Below the pieces are notes generated by a model that saw only the letters and a list, made by a program, of their open reading frames with translations, ran no database searches and was not told the DNA's origin. A stretch of 64,000 bases of DNA from Kudoa neothunni (taxonomy: Eukaryota; Animalia; Cnidaria): contig OZ199839.1 of the NCBI GenBank assembly GCA_964304625.1, forward strand, positions 1,614,093 to 1,678,092, given 5' to 3'. The translations under genes were made by a program, and so were the position numbers. Positions 13,458 through 26,281 of the stretch are shown one piece after another. The first letter of the stretch is position 1; every line of letters begins with the position of its first letter.

Positions 13458-15264
13458 TTAAAAAAGGTTTATACCGACACGATAACGAAATAGTCATAAT
13501 TTACTTGTGGTCTGATGACAGTCGATGCCCCCGAACACATACTTATTAATTTTACAAATTTAAATATTAATTAAATTATATTTTAATATACCTGATGATC
13601 TTTTTACAACATTATCTAGATATTGAAACGATAGTATAATTTTCTAAAATTCTAATAATATCTGTAAATACATACGTTCTCTTGTAAAAACATGATTATG
13701 ATTTTACCATTTCCTATAATTATTTAACAAAAGTTTTTAAAATGATTTAAAATACCATATTTCCTAACCGATATTCTTAAAAAATCCAGGCACATCTACC
13801 GTTACAAGCTTACCTAGGGGCCTATCATTCATAGCAAATTATGAATTAATAATTAATAAATTATCAAATATTTAATATATTCCTTAACTTAACTAAAAAA
13901 GTCTTAACATTAATAATTAAAAATATAATATGTAATTAAATAAACTTTACTGGTAATATTATGTTGCTAATTCGTAACAAATGAAATTCGAATGTTTGAT
14001 GCAACGAGATTTAGTACAATTATAACATATTTTTGAATTTTTATATCGAATAATCGAGCGCATAAACTATATCCTTTTTCGTTGTAGACCTCGCGGTTGC
14101 AATAGCTGAAATTAGTACAGCTAGTTTGCTGATAAAATTCCCTAATGAATCCGCCAGCGGATCTAAATAATTGCTTCTACGAATATTCGGTTGATTAAAT
14201 AAAGTTTTATATAAATAAAATGAATTAGAACAAAGTCAAACATATTGCAAATATCAACATAAGCCATTTTCTAGTGTATCTTTTTACGCATGTCGTGGAC
14301 GGCATACTATCTATCGTATCCACACACCCACGGGTTTGTTATAATCGACGATAACTCTACGATTTTCTGTCTGATCATGACATAAATTACCATTGTTTGA
14401 AGACGTAGACGATAGAATGACCGCGTTTTTCTTTTTAGGAAAATTGAACTAAAAACCTACCTTTATTTCCTGGTTTTAAAAATTAATGAGAGACTTCGAT
14501 TATTATGCTAGATTGTCCCTAGAAGGATTAAACCTAGGTTAAGAAATTTATTTGTCAACGGACCCTAAGTGAAAAAATTATCACAAAAAATGTTTCTGGT
14601 GACCTTTCTAACTGCGGCGAGAACTTTAAAACAACCTTTTCACCAACACATTAAGTAATCTGGTAAATGTTTCTTCCAAGATAAACGAAAATATTACGTG
14701 TAGATTGGTACGGAGGTCCGTTAAAAAAATAAAATTTAACGCCATAAACTGCAAGTTTAGAGGGAGTATAATGCGTAAAGGGACACCTGACTCTCAATGA
14801 AACTAATTGTTCATCAACATTAAGATCAGCAGAAGGAATTAGACAAATCGGAGAAATACTTTTCCACCTGTTGAAAACATCGTTTACAGGGAAAAACTTA
14901 TCGATTTCTCACTGCAAACTCTAGTATCGTAGTCATAAAAGCGAACATTTCTGTTTATTTGGGTGAATCTATACAGCAGCATGATTCTACGAAGTATATC
15001 ATGTTTCTTATTCAAGCTCCACAATTGCTTAAAATACTCCACTTTAAAATTAGAGATTGACATATATTTAAGAATTCCTACGTATGGTTTATATTTCACT
15101 ATATTTAGATTTCTCATTTTCATCCGTAATGAAAAGCACCAAATTTATTAATGTGAGTAATGTTAGAATTGAAAAATTCATAATAAAAAAAATAGAAAAA
15201 ACTATCTTATCAATTGCAAATGAATGCATGCTACAAATGCATTTAAACCTAGAGTTCTGTTTAA

Positions 15265-17642
15265 CCCTTTCGTGCCTGAATTTTTATTTGTCCTTTAAAA
15301 AATTTTTGTTAATACAATATATTCTTCTAATACTAAATAAATAAAAATTTGGAGCGAGAAATTTTTTTGGGCTAATATTTTTAAGTTGAAGTTTTGTTCA
15401 GTAGACTGAACAATGGGATTTTGTGGTAAAGAAAATGCGAAAAAAAGAAATCGAATTATTATAACAGTAACAGATAGAGTTATCAATAAAACAATAATTT
15501 TAAGTACTATGGTACACATAAAAACAATTTCTACCTTTTACAAGACAACAAGGTGCGCCACATTTTAAGCAAATTATTTGAGTGTTTCTTCCACAACTTC
15601 TGCATCTACTTGGCGTAGATACTACCTCTGGAAAATGGCCGGCATTATCATATCTAATGTGATCTGATAAAAGAGTATTTCTCTTGCGTTTCGATATAGT
15701 AGATTCCATTATTTTTTGTGAATTACAATCATTAACCGGACGACCACGTTTTCGAGTTTGTATTAATGTTTGGTTTTTATACAACAATGATTCACAGATT
15801 GAATATGTGAACGAAAGCAAATCAAGAACTTTACTCTTGTTTACATTAATCATGGAATTTTGCCTCCGATACAATAACCACGAATTAGTGATCGCGGTGT
15901 TGATGCCCTAAAAAAATATCCGCATGTCAAATTTTTTGCATTTATGGTTTAACCTATATAGTGACATTAGCATATCGAACAAATCAACACCACTCATGTT
16001 TTTGTTATATTCCGATACAACAGCTGGACAATCGACTTTAACGCGTTTTTTGTCACCTATCGTATCTATTTACAGTTGTTAGAGGTTCACTACCAGAATG
16101 AGTGGATGATAAAGTCACAACGGAGCTATCATACCATCGAGTTAATATTAATGCATCATTAGAGCTTTGAGCAACATCAAATGAGCCACCTCCTTCTTTC
16201 ATTAAATCTTTTTTACCGAGTAAAGGACATCCTTTAATTCTATTATTTCTAATAGTCCCCACCGAATATATTCCCCTTTTTTTCAATATAAGTTGCATCC
16301 GGAATGATGTGAACCAGTTGTCGAAATACAATAGATACATCCTATTCTTTGGAAGTTGTTCACATAATTTTATTACAAAATCCCCAGAAACCAAACCACA
16401 GCTTTCTTGTACAACAGGCGATTTTCCATCATACAAATGGAAATCATGCACTATCCCACTTATTCCACATCTAGCAAAAACTTTGAAGCCCCATTTGGTC
16501 GGTTTATTTGATATATACTGTTTCGCCCGGCACTTACCCTTAAAGGGAATCATTTGCTCGTCGACTGAATTTATGCTCTCTGGAGTGAATTTTAAAAATG
16601 TTTGCTTCAAGTACTCCAAAAAAGGTCTAATTTTGACAAACCGATCAAACGTTTGGGAAGACTGATCGTTAGTTGCATTGTCATTATTATTAAAATGTAA
16701 AAATTTTGAGAGTTGCTCAAATCTGTCTCTAGAAAGGACATCCGAAATAGGCGAATAATTGAAATGGTTGGACCAATAGCATCGATAACGAGGCATCCGT
16801 ACAATCCCCATTAAAATTATGACTCCCAAATAAGTTTTAATTTCTAAACCGTTTGTCTTGAAATTCGAATTATTTTGTATGGCGTATCGATTTGATTCGT
16901 TTACAATTAATTCAATCAAATCATCGTCAACAAATTGGTTGAAATAATCGATGGGGTGAATTAAATGATCTAACTTTTCAAATTCGTCGTTTAAGTTTCA
17001 CAATTCCTCTGGTAAATTTGAACTTATATCTTGTTTCTTCCATTGAAGGCCAGCGTCAGAATCACCGGATGATGAACATTCTTTCGCATCTGAAAATTTG
17101 TTCAATATTTATGATGTAAATGTTGTATCGTCTTCAGAATATGTATCCGGCTCGGATATGTCGACATCAGGTAGCACTATAATTTCCGAAGTTCTTTTTC
17201 CAGTTTTATCCTCATCGTTACAAATGTCGTAATCCATTGCGATTGTCCAAAAATAGGTCCACGTGTTCCTGTTGTTCAGTTTACTGACAAGACTTAAAAT
17301 CGTATTATTTCAGATAATAATAAGTTTCTTAAAATTTAAAGAGTCAAATTTAATTAACAACAACATATTGTAACTGCAAAAATTTTGGTTCCAAAAAATA
17401 ATATAATTCGGTATACAAATTAATACATTACTTTTAGGACGAACGTGATATGGAGAATTGAACATTGTTAATGAAATTTACTATACATAAAATTTCTTAA
17501 AAAATGTAATGTTAACGGTTTTTATACATTTAATTGAGTTAAAAATTACATGTTTGTAACGAATGCAAAACAATAGTTAAATGTTCATTTTAAACGATGG
17601 AGAAGTTAATGTTCAGTATACTGCACAATAGGCATGAAAGGG
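15265..17642 (-). mobile_element. piggyBac (PGBD2/3-like clade), nearly intact
   Basis: TTAA at 15261-15264 and 17643-17646. 13-bp TIR CCCTTTCGTGCCT / (rc) CCCTTTCATGCCT. Confidence 0.95.
15500..17237 (-). pseudogene. piggyBac transposase, PGBD3-like, few lesions
   Basis: Motifs SVDEQMIPFKG, KPTKWGFK, YFDNWFTS, GVDLFD, and IRYDNAGHFP..RCRSC..CLKCGAPCC..RNCF (PGBD2/3-type CRD). Stops at about 17110 and 16053, and a frameshift near 15930. Confidence 0.92.
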
Positions 17643-18416
17643 TTAAGGTGTTTTCTTACCTGATTTTTGTATTTGAAGGCACAACTGAAGACCATAACAC
17701 ATTGTTTTTTGTCCCCATACGTGTTAGTGATGCCATAATCATCTGAACTATAACAGCTAGATGAAGATAAACATTCTTCAATAACTTCTTCAATTTCATT
17801 GCAATCAGAGTCATAACTTACTAGTAAACCATCATGTAACATTCCCATATCTAACAGACGGTGACGACCAGCATCTCTCGGTCAACACCGGCAGCATAAA
17901 CCTCGATATTTCTCAATATTTTGTAGGTGTAGCCTTTCGAGATAAAAATATTTTATTTTTTATAATTTATAAATTTTTTTGTAAAATAAGAACGTGAAAC
18001 CCTCCATGTTTTTAAACCGCTTGGCGTAAATATTTGATATAAAATATTATTAATTTTAAAATTAAATCATGAATATATAGTATTTTTAAAACGATTAATG
18101 ATTAGATTAAACCGATTTAAAGTTTTCAGTGAGCAGTTAATTGAGATGAAATTCGGCCCGGGTTCCAAATGGACCCCAAAATGCTTCGAGAGTGGTCGTT
18201 TTTGCTGACCTTAGAGGGTCAATAATGTAGAAATAATATTATCTAACTTGGAAAGTTCAAGATTGTTAAATAAAATAGTTGATGATAGACAGGCATGAGT
18301 TACGACAAAATATTAATCTGTTTGAGGTATAAAAATTCGATTACACAGAACAATCATAATAAAAATATTTTAATGCCGATAAAATTATGGTCGAATCTCA
18401 GAAATGTAATGTGATT

Positions 18417-19939
18417 TTAGAAATAAACACGGCGAAGATCAGCAAATGCATGATATTCTGATTTCAATGGGCAGATGACTCTCGAATTAGAGCTCTTATC
18501 TTCTTGAGATTCCAAACAAGTTTCCATCTTAGTAAGAGCGAGTTTAGAAACAATTCAGACAATGTATCAATTTTATATTACATCTAACGTTGCCAAATTA
18601 CCACAAGGTAACAACACAACGTAACTGTTTTCATCAATAATTTTATCCTCATTAGGCGAAAAAATGACAGATTTTTCATATTTAGTCACACACAAATTGG
18701 TGACAATTGGATAAACGTCATTGTCGCAACAGGGACAATACCAGTTACCAGGTGCACATTGGCTATCAATTAGTCAAATCATTGTGAGCAATATCCAACA
18801 AAAACATACAATGTTTTCATAGAAGCCAATCCAACTTGAATCATCAGCTGTAAAGTGGTGCATTTGGACACACTGTAGAACTGATATACCAGTTCGGTCA
18901 TTAAAGCTTTAAGATGACTCCAAATACATTGATTTTCCGTCAAATTTCCTTCTTTAGATAGTTTATTTTTATCTAATATCATTTGGATGGCATTTCTGAT
19001 AATGTGGAAAACATTCTTATCAGTTTCCAGTGAAATGTATTTTCTCAAGTAACTATATTTGAGTTATGGAAGAGGATTATAACGATTTTTTTTAATTATC
19101 ACCTAAGAGCTTCCATGGAAGATTTGCTACGTAGAATTTCATCGAATTTGGTCATATGCAAAAGGGTGTGTGTTATTGTCTTTAAGTCGCAAATGAAAAA
19201 CACATTAACAGTGAGTAGTATAATTTTTACATAATTAGGCAGATTTTTAGCATAAATTTTATTTAGATTTAACCAACGTGTGCAGGATTTAATAGATTTT
19301 TGATCCAAGTCTCGATGAAACTCATCGATCAAATTGTACAATTTAAAATCTACATAATCCTAAAAAAATTAAAAAAAAATTAACTTATTGATAACCTGGA
19401 GATTGTATTTGGTTGATAGAGCCATGGCGGTATTTTTGTAGCCGAATCTCAACAAATGATTCGCCAAATGTCTATTCACGTAGAAACATATCGATTTTGG
19501 TAATATATCACAATCTTTTAATGTGACTTCATCATTGAAAACACTTGGCAGATTGTCAAGCAGTCTTACACGTCTTTCCAGTTTTCTACTTGCTTTTATA
19601 GGATTGAGGGTCACTAACTTGTACTAGATAACCATCAAAGAGCTAATACGCATATCTATCCGATCTACTTCTTCTGTGAATTTTTCCAACAAATTGATAT
19701 AATTTCGTAATATATTTATAGCTTGTGAACGTATTAATCGGTTATTGGAATTGTTTACAAATTGTGACACATCACATATATAATCTACTCCATATGACAA
19801 CAAATGGCGATCAGTTCCACTCAAACAATCATATAACTCCAAGTATGGGGTCTATATAATTTTTAGGAATTATTCTATTTTGTTTTTGTTCGTAATTTAC
19901 ATTTAAGTGATGGTATTCGATGTAGCTAGAGTTTTCCAT
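18417..19939 (-). CDS. MAEA: MAEA / Gid9 (CTLH/GID E3 ligase RING subunit), multi-exon, highly divergent
   Basis: Spliced reading gives EYHHLN/TPYLEL (cf. EYPTLKVPYE), LisH-like VNRHLANHLLRFGYKNTA, CTLH-like IKSCTRWLNLNK, and CRA end LQLMIQVGLASMKT. The degenerate RING region reads CPCC...IIDENSYVVLLPCG...VICP...RRVYF* (cf. VMNENNPPMMLPNG...VVCPRT...KVYIM). Short GT-AG introns. Confidence 0.85.
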
Positions 19940-20859
19940 AGAAGGGTTAAAGGAACCGTGCGCATCTCGATTCAAATCTCCTTAGCTTAGCATTTGTTCC
20001 TCTAAAAATCGCAGTAAATATGCTTAATTCAATCTTTAGTTGATTCACATATAGAATGTTAACAAAACATTCGTTAATTGTACATAATGATTCATTAATT
20101 TCAGGCAGACTTAACTTACTATAGAATCGAATGATGAACATTGTTTTGTTATATAATATTGAAATATTCATTTTAAATTTATACGTATTAGATTTAAAAT
20201 AATTTGTATAAAATATTTTTTACCATTTAAAATCTAAACAAAAAATGGTGAATGAAAAATAATCAATAATTCATTACACTAAGAATTAATAATATGAAGT
20301 TTTTTGGGAAAATTCAGTACAGAAAAATTAAATAATGTACAGTTTGTTTGAGAATAAAGGTTTATTAAATAATATTCTGTAAACGCAATGTGTTAATTAA
20401 ATGTAATGATTATTTTTAGAGAATTTATCGTGTTTAATTTGTGATTTGCAAATTCCTTTAAGTATTTTCACATATTTTCTAACAAAAGATAGGTATAAAA
20501 TTAAACTACAGTGTGTACCGACTTTGGAAGACATCGCATCTCTCGTGAATATTGACACAAAGTCGAGTATTACAAGAAGATTTACACCTAAAAATATAGA
20601 TAACACAATAATAATCGATTATCATTATTTCAAGGTAAGTTATCAAATAGAATATCCGCTTAATGTTTGACCTTGAGAAATTATTTTAAAAGTTCCTGGG
20701 ACTCAATAATGAAAATGATGGCAAGATGAGTTATTGGTTATAGTCATCAATTTTATATTTAATTTTCTCAAAAGAAATTCTTAATCAGAATAGCTAATAC
20801 TTTTTGAACTATTGAAGCTACTTATATAAATTCTGGTTTTAAAAAATTCATTTATACTG

Positions 20860-21260
20860 TCCAAAAACACAATACCACTTATGAAGACCTACAATATCAT
20901 ATCGATATTTTATTTTTTTCTGCCATATCATATTAGAAGAGTGTAATTCGAGATTTGGTTTGCTCAAAACTAGATGAAGAGTTCACATAACTTGGAGGTC
21001 AAGCTGTTGTTGCTCAAATAAATAACATTAGTGATTATAATCTCCCAAATAAAACATAGTAGGGGATGATTTATAATGAACCAACAATTTTGAATAATAA
21101 TAATAATAATAATATAAATGGGTGAGAATGACGAGTGTTTCCTAAAAATATCCCTTTACGACAGCGGTTATTTAAAGGAGGCACAAAAAGCTACCATTAG
21201 GGATTAATGATTGAAGTGAGGGATTATTTTAGAATGAACCAAAAAATAAATCTTAATTAA
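20860..21260 (+). pseudogene. Possible highly decayed Merlin transposase fragment
   Basis: LGGQAVVAQIN at about 20990 resembles the Merlin IGGxGxxVQIDE motif seen at 9160 and 29135. Confidence 0.35.
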
Positions 21261-21592
21261 TTTATGGCGTAAATTTCGTTAATCCTTTTTTTGATTATAA
21301 AATGACGTAATATGTAAAATAATATTATTGATGGTTTTATTATAAATAATTTTCTATTTGAACAATTCGATATATAAACTAATGTAATCTAAATATTTTA
21401 TTTTACTTGATTATGTGAAATAGCTCAGTAAGGTAAGGTAATAATTTGGATTAATTTTATTCTACGCAAAAAATCGTGTTTTGTGTTTTTAGTGTGAAAT
21501 CGTAACTTTTATTTTGTTCATGAATATATTTATGTACTTAGACAATTATTTGGTTGTGTCGGCATTTATATCTCATTCGAAATAAACTATAC

Positions 21593-24500
21593 CAGGGATT
21601 CTCAGTCTCTCCGCCGGGGGTAAAATCTAAACGACAAGGGAAAATTAAGTAACATCAAAATCAGATAGAGACAATTTTTGCATTATGGGTTCTTGACATA
21701 CATCATGATTTCTAAGCAATTATGTTGTTCAGGGCTATTAAGCTCAATAAGAATTAGACGGAAGTTCTTAAAATGTTTTTAGTAATAGGTATTTAGCGGC
21801 TATTTATTCAACTATTACCAGTCTCTTTCTTTTATGCCTCGTTTATCTTTTAGTGATGTGGCCTAATGATAATAATAATAATAATACTTTAAATGACTTT
21901 TCTCATGTTAAATAAAAATTCAAATGTCATTAGTTTTTACTATTTTTAATTATTTCTAGCCTCTAAGAGCGAACAAATGGGCATAAAACAATTTAATTTG
22001 GCAAAATCTAAAAAATTAAATCTCTCTGCAGCTTGTGAGTTAGAGTTGATGGGATTAAAAATTGTCATTATGCAAGCGTACGTGCCTTTAGGACCAGAAT
22101 GCACCCCTCAAACAATCTCTGCTATATCTAAGCCTAGGGGTTAACACAGTTCGGTTTCAGTTCAGTATTTAGGTTTCGGTTATTTCTAAAACAGTTTTAG
22201 GTTTTGTAAATAATTTATTCAATTATCAATGTTAATTTTTGTGCACGCAAAAAAATGCAAAAACGTGATAAATTGAAATCTTATTTCAGTCATTCTTTGT
22301 TTAAAAATACTTTTTAAACCAAAACTTTGAATCATTTTACAATAGAATTCAATTTTATATTAACTTTTATTGTTTTAATTAATTTTATTATTTAAAATTG
22401 TTTGTTATTGCCTCCAAGAACGATTATAAATATTTTAGAGGAAAATTTTTTCGAACGCACTATAAAAAATTCTATAATTCAAATTTCAATGTAGTTATTT
22501 CTATTTTCATAAATGAATACAGTGGTTTCAAGTTTCGAATCGCTCAGTTTTGTTCACAACAGGGAAATAACACGGTTGCATAGGAGGAAACATCTTTCTG
22601 AGTCAATACTCGTAGGCCTTATGTTAGAAAGAGTTTTCCGAACACTTTCTAAACGATCTGATATCACATCGTAATTAACAAAGTTGGTAATTTCGTTAGA
22701 ATCCGAACAATATTTTTAGCTTTTTGGCCTGAATACGTAATTAATGAAATCGTCTAAATCCATTCCAGCTTCGGAAGGTTCATAGTTTTGGATTTGATCA
22801 TTCGGTTCAATGACATTAATTGCTTCTTGTAGCTCAATATTTGACGGTCTTCTGTATAATAAACTGTTTTCACAAATGTTTGAATCGAAGATTAAAAATA
22901 TAAATATATCAGACCAAAAGGTACATCGTTCAAAGCAGCGTTTGATAAATTTCATTTTTAAATTTTCTGAAATGGTTCCGTCAATGAGCAAAAGATCCTA
23001 AATTGCATTGGTTAGTATGAAGTCACATTGTACAGGATTTATTTGTAACTCTGAAAGTTTGACAGCGGCGAGATGCACAATCTTCAGACACGATGTTAGT
23101 TCCTTAATATTCGGTCATTTTTGCAATATCTTTATGGATAATTACATTGACCAAAATAATTTCATCTTTATCGATCAGTAAATCCATTTCAAAAATCATG
23201 TAAGCGTCTTCGATGACCTCGAACATTTTCACAAATTTGACTAACATATCGTAACAAATTAACCTTCGTGTCACACAATTGATATTCAGTGATAGGTATT
23301 TAATGCCTTTTCGTCCACATGATTTTCTGAATATGTCGGAGACCAACCCAGATCTTGAAAAGTGACTAACAACTGACTTCACCCGAGATACAATATCTAA
23401 GAAATATGATACAAATACAAATTCTTGTTCATCAAACTCCAGATCGTCATAGTTTCGATATTTTTTGGCTCCCGGTTATAAGCTTCGTACATTGCGCCTT
23501 TTACAGCTATACGTTAATGTAGGTTTGACAATTAATAACTCAATCACCCAAATTTATTCCATAACGAATGTATTTTGTCTTCTGAAAACCTAAATCAAAA
23601 GTGCATTTTGCCACGTTTGGCACTCCATCGGTACATAAAAATAAGGACGTAACACCAAATGTCGAAAGTTGGTTTTTGATTAATGTTATGTTTAGTTTGG
23701 TGCTAGCTTAACAAAGCTTTAAGATGATGCGCCACATTTTTCTCTTGTTGTTATTGTTGTCATTGGATTTTCTCGCGTTCCAACAATTAGTGACGGCAAT
23801 TCTACGCCTTTTGGTGACTCTAATAACCCCGAGCGAAATTTGTTTGTATTCGAAATATGCTTGAATATTAAGAAATCGCCTTCCTACCTTGGTGTACACT
23901 CATCAGAACAGGGTGCAGGTCTTGAATTGGCACCGGCAAATTTGTTGTTTATCTTGCTCATCGTAGACGCTTCTACTCTTACGTAAGAATCGAAAATTTC
24001 CTCATGAGATACTGCGATCTCTTCACTATAAACTTTTTTCAACGAGAGCCTTATTTATGGTGGCACTTTTTGCAATTTTGTAAATAGGAATATTGTCAAT
24101 TGTGATTAATTTGGTAATACCACTATCCAAATTAAAATCCCAAAGACTTTTTCTCGCAAAATTTTCAATTGCGAGTTTTATTTATATGCTTCTAAATTTC
24201 AATAGAAAAATATTAGCGATTGCAACAACTTATTTTTTGAATCGATCCCATGTATTTTAGCGTGTGCATGCAACGTACTAGTTTAACCTTTTATGCACGT
24301 AAGTATTGCATCATATTTTTTACATTTTGCTTTTTTATTAGCAAGCTTAACAAAATATCTCCAAATAGCAGATACCGTTATCGTAATAATAAACAAAAAA
24401 CTTATTCGCTGTTAAAGCAGATATCACTCAAAAAATGTTAGGCGCCTTAATTATTTTAAAAACGAATTTATTTGTTTAAATTACTGTATCAATTAATGAT

Positions 24501-24671
24501 AGAAGCTAATTTATACTAATTAAAAAAATAGACTTTTAAAATCGGTTTCGGTTTTGTCAAAAACCGAACCTATCTTAACCCCTATTTAAGCCAGTTTAAA
24601 ATCCCATAGAAAATATGAATTTGGCCTCCAAATTAAGGGAGTAAATTGGAAAAAACGGTTGAGACCCCCTG
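21593..24671. mobile_element. hAT (Buster/Charlie-type) non-autonomous element, interrupted by a second hAT
   Basis: Termini CAGGGATTCTCA / (rc) CAGGGGGTCTCA. 8-bp TSD aactatac / atttatac with central TA. Confidence 0.7.
22135..24584 (-). mobile_element. hAT transposon with decayed transposase
   Basis: TIR TAGGGGTTAA on both ends. 8-bp TSD tctaagcc / tttaagcc. Subterminal TCGGTT repeats. Minus-strand motifs LCTDGVPNV, NCVTRRLICYDML (cf. TRWNSxxxML) and RPTSIDSERCF. Confidence 0.9.
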
Positions 24672-25443
24672 ATTTATACCATTAGAAATGAAACCACGAC
24701 GTGTTCTCAACTTTATCCTTTGTCTAAAATTGAGATCCGTCGGTTAATTGTATAATCTTTAATATTTTATATTTCAAGTTTTATGTTCGGATTATTATTT
24801 TTTCTCTGATATGAATTATTGATAACTTATTTAGATTAAAAAGAATTTTTTAAATGTTGATACAATGAAGCTCACAGCAATCATTTATACACTAAAATAA
24901 AAAAATGTCAAATTAAACAGTTTATATTAGTTATTTTTATTCAGATACAATTAGAAGGCATCTTTTTTGGATTCATTAAACTTTTATTGACCTACTGACT
25001 CAATCTTGATATTAACCCTAGAAAGCTCAATGAGCCCTTGTTGGTCCGAAATTTAATTAAATGCTCATAAAACTATAGGGATACGCTACATAGCAAAATT
25101 AATGTTACGTAAAATATATCATAAATTTTATATAATTATATTTACAGGAGTCAAAATATTTTCTCATCCTATGTGTGTTTTTTATCCAAGTATAAATTGA
25201 TCGAATAAGATCTCTCTATTATCGTAAGGTATTTTTTTTATACATTATTTAACTGTAATGGATAAAAACATTTCTCATTCTAAGTTCAGGAATCGATAAA
25301 CTAAAAATATCCGTGGTGATTGATTTTTGCAATATTTAGTTATTCATTGAATATTTTAATTCGTTGTTATAAATTAATTTTGTATGTACATAAATTAAAC
25401 TTTAATGTATCCAAAACATTTTTTGTAAATCACAATATACGAT

Positions 25444-25898
25444 ATTGATAACAAGACCTAAATAATCACGATGTAATGTTAGTTGTCGAATTTTTAAAAA
25501 GGAGAATAAGTTTTATACACAACAAGATTAGTAATTGTCATAATAATTCAAGTAATAACACAGATTACGAACAAATATTTGTTCTAAACAATTCGATCTA
25601 ATTTAATAAAAATTGCGAAGACGTTTAATTTGCGCAGTAAGACCATGAAGTTGTTTCCACGGGATCATGATCGCCATCCAACAACCGGTTATCATCTGTC
25701 GTTCCAAAACTTCTATATATTATGATCGGATTATTAGAAATACGATTTGACGTTGAAATATGTTTTAGAATCAAAGATATAAAAATCAAAAAAATTATTC
25801 CCAGCCGTTGCAAATTTCGTAGTGTATAAAACATAATCTCCTTTTTAAATATTCGATAACCAACATAACATCTTGATTATTTAGGTCTTGTTATCAAT
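25444..25898. repeat. Fold-back/MITE-like inverted repeat, arms about 77 bp
   Basis: 25444-25520 (attgataacaagacctaaataatca...ttttatacac) is an inverted copy of 25822-25898. Confidence 0.8.
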
Positions 25899-26281
25899 CT
25901 TTTATAGTAGGTAATCGATTTTGCATAATCCTCTCCGGACCATGAAAAAAAGTGTATAAAATCAATCCAAAACCGATCTTACACACTTGTTGTTCATGTA
26001 CATAATAATTATATATCCCCTTTTGGAAGAATTTAGAAGAAAAATTGATGTTTTTATTGGAATAATATAAAACAATATGAATTCTACAAGAGACAAAAGA
26101 ATCAAGTGATACTAAGTTTCAATTTTTGAAAAATCAATAATTTTGGTTCGTGTCATATTTGACCCGCTATGACATATAAAAATCAATTTCCAATTCTAAA
26201 AATGGTTGGGAACGATCTAAACTTCTTTAAATTAGAGGTAAAATTTAGCCAGTGATTTTTTCGACGAGGCCATTTAGGTTT

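Larger units (their letters stand above)
12010..18218 (-). mobile_element. Decayed piggyBac (same family as 44039-46474) hosting two younger piggyBac insertions
   Basis: TTAA at 12006-12009 and TCAA at 18219-18222. Both ends match the TIRs of the 44-46 kb element. Transposase remnants at about 14050-15260 and 17647-17848 are colinear with it once the inserts are removed. Confidence 0.88.
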
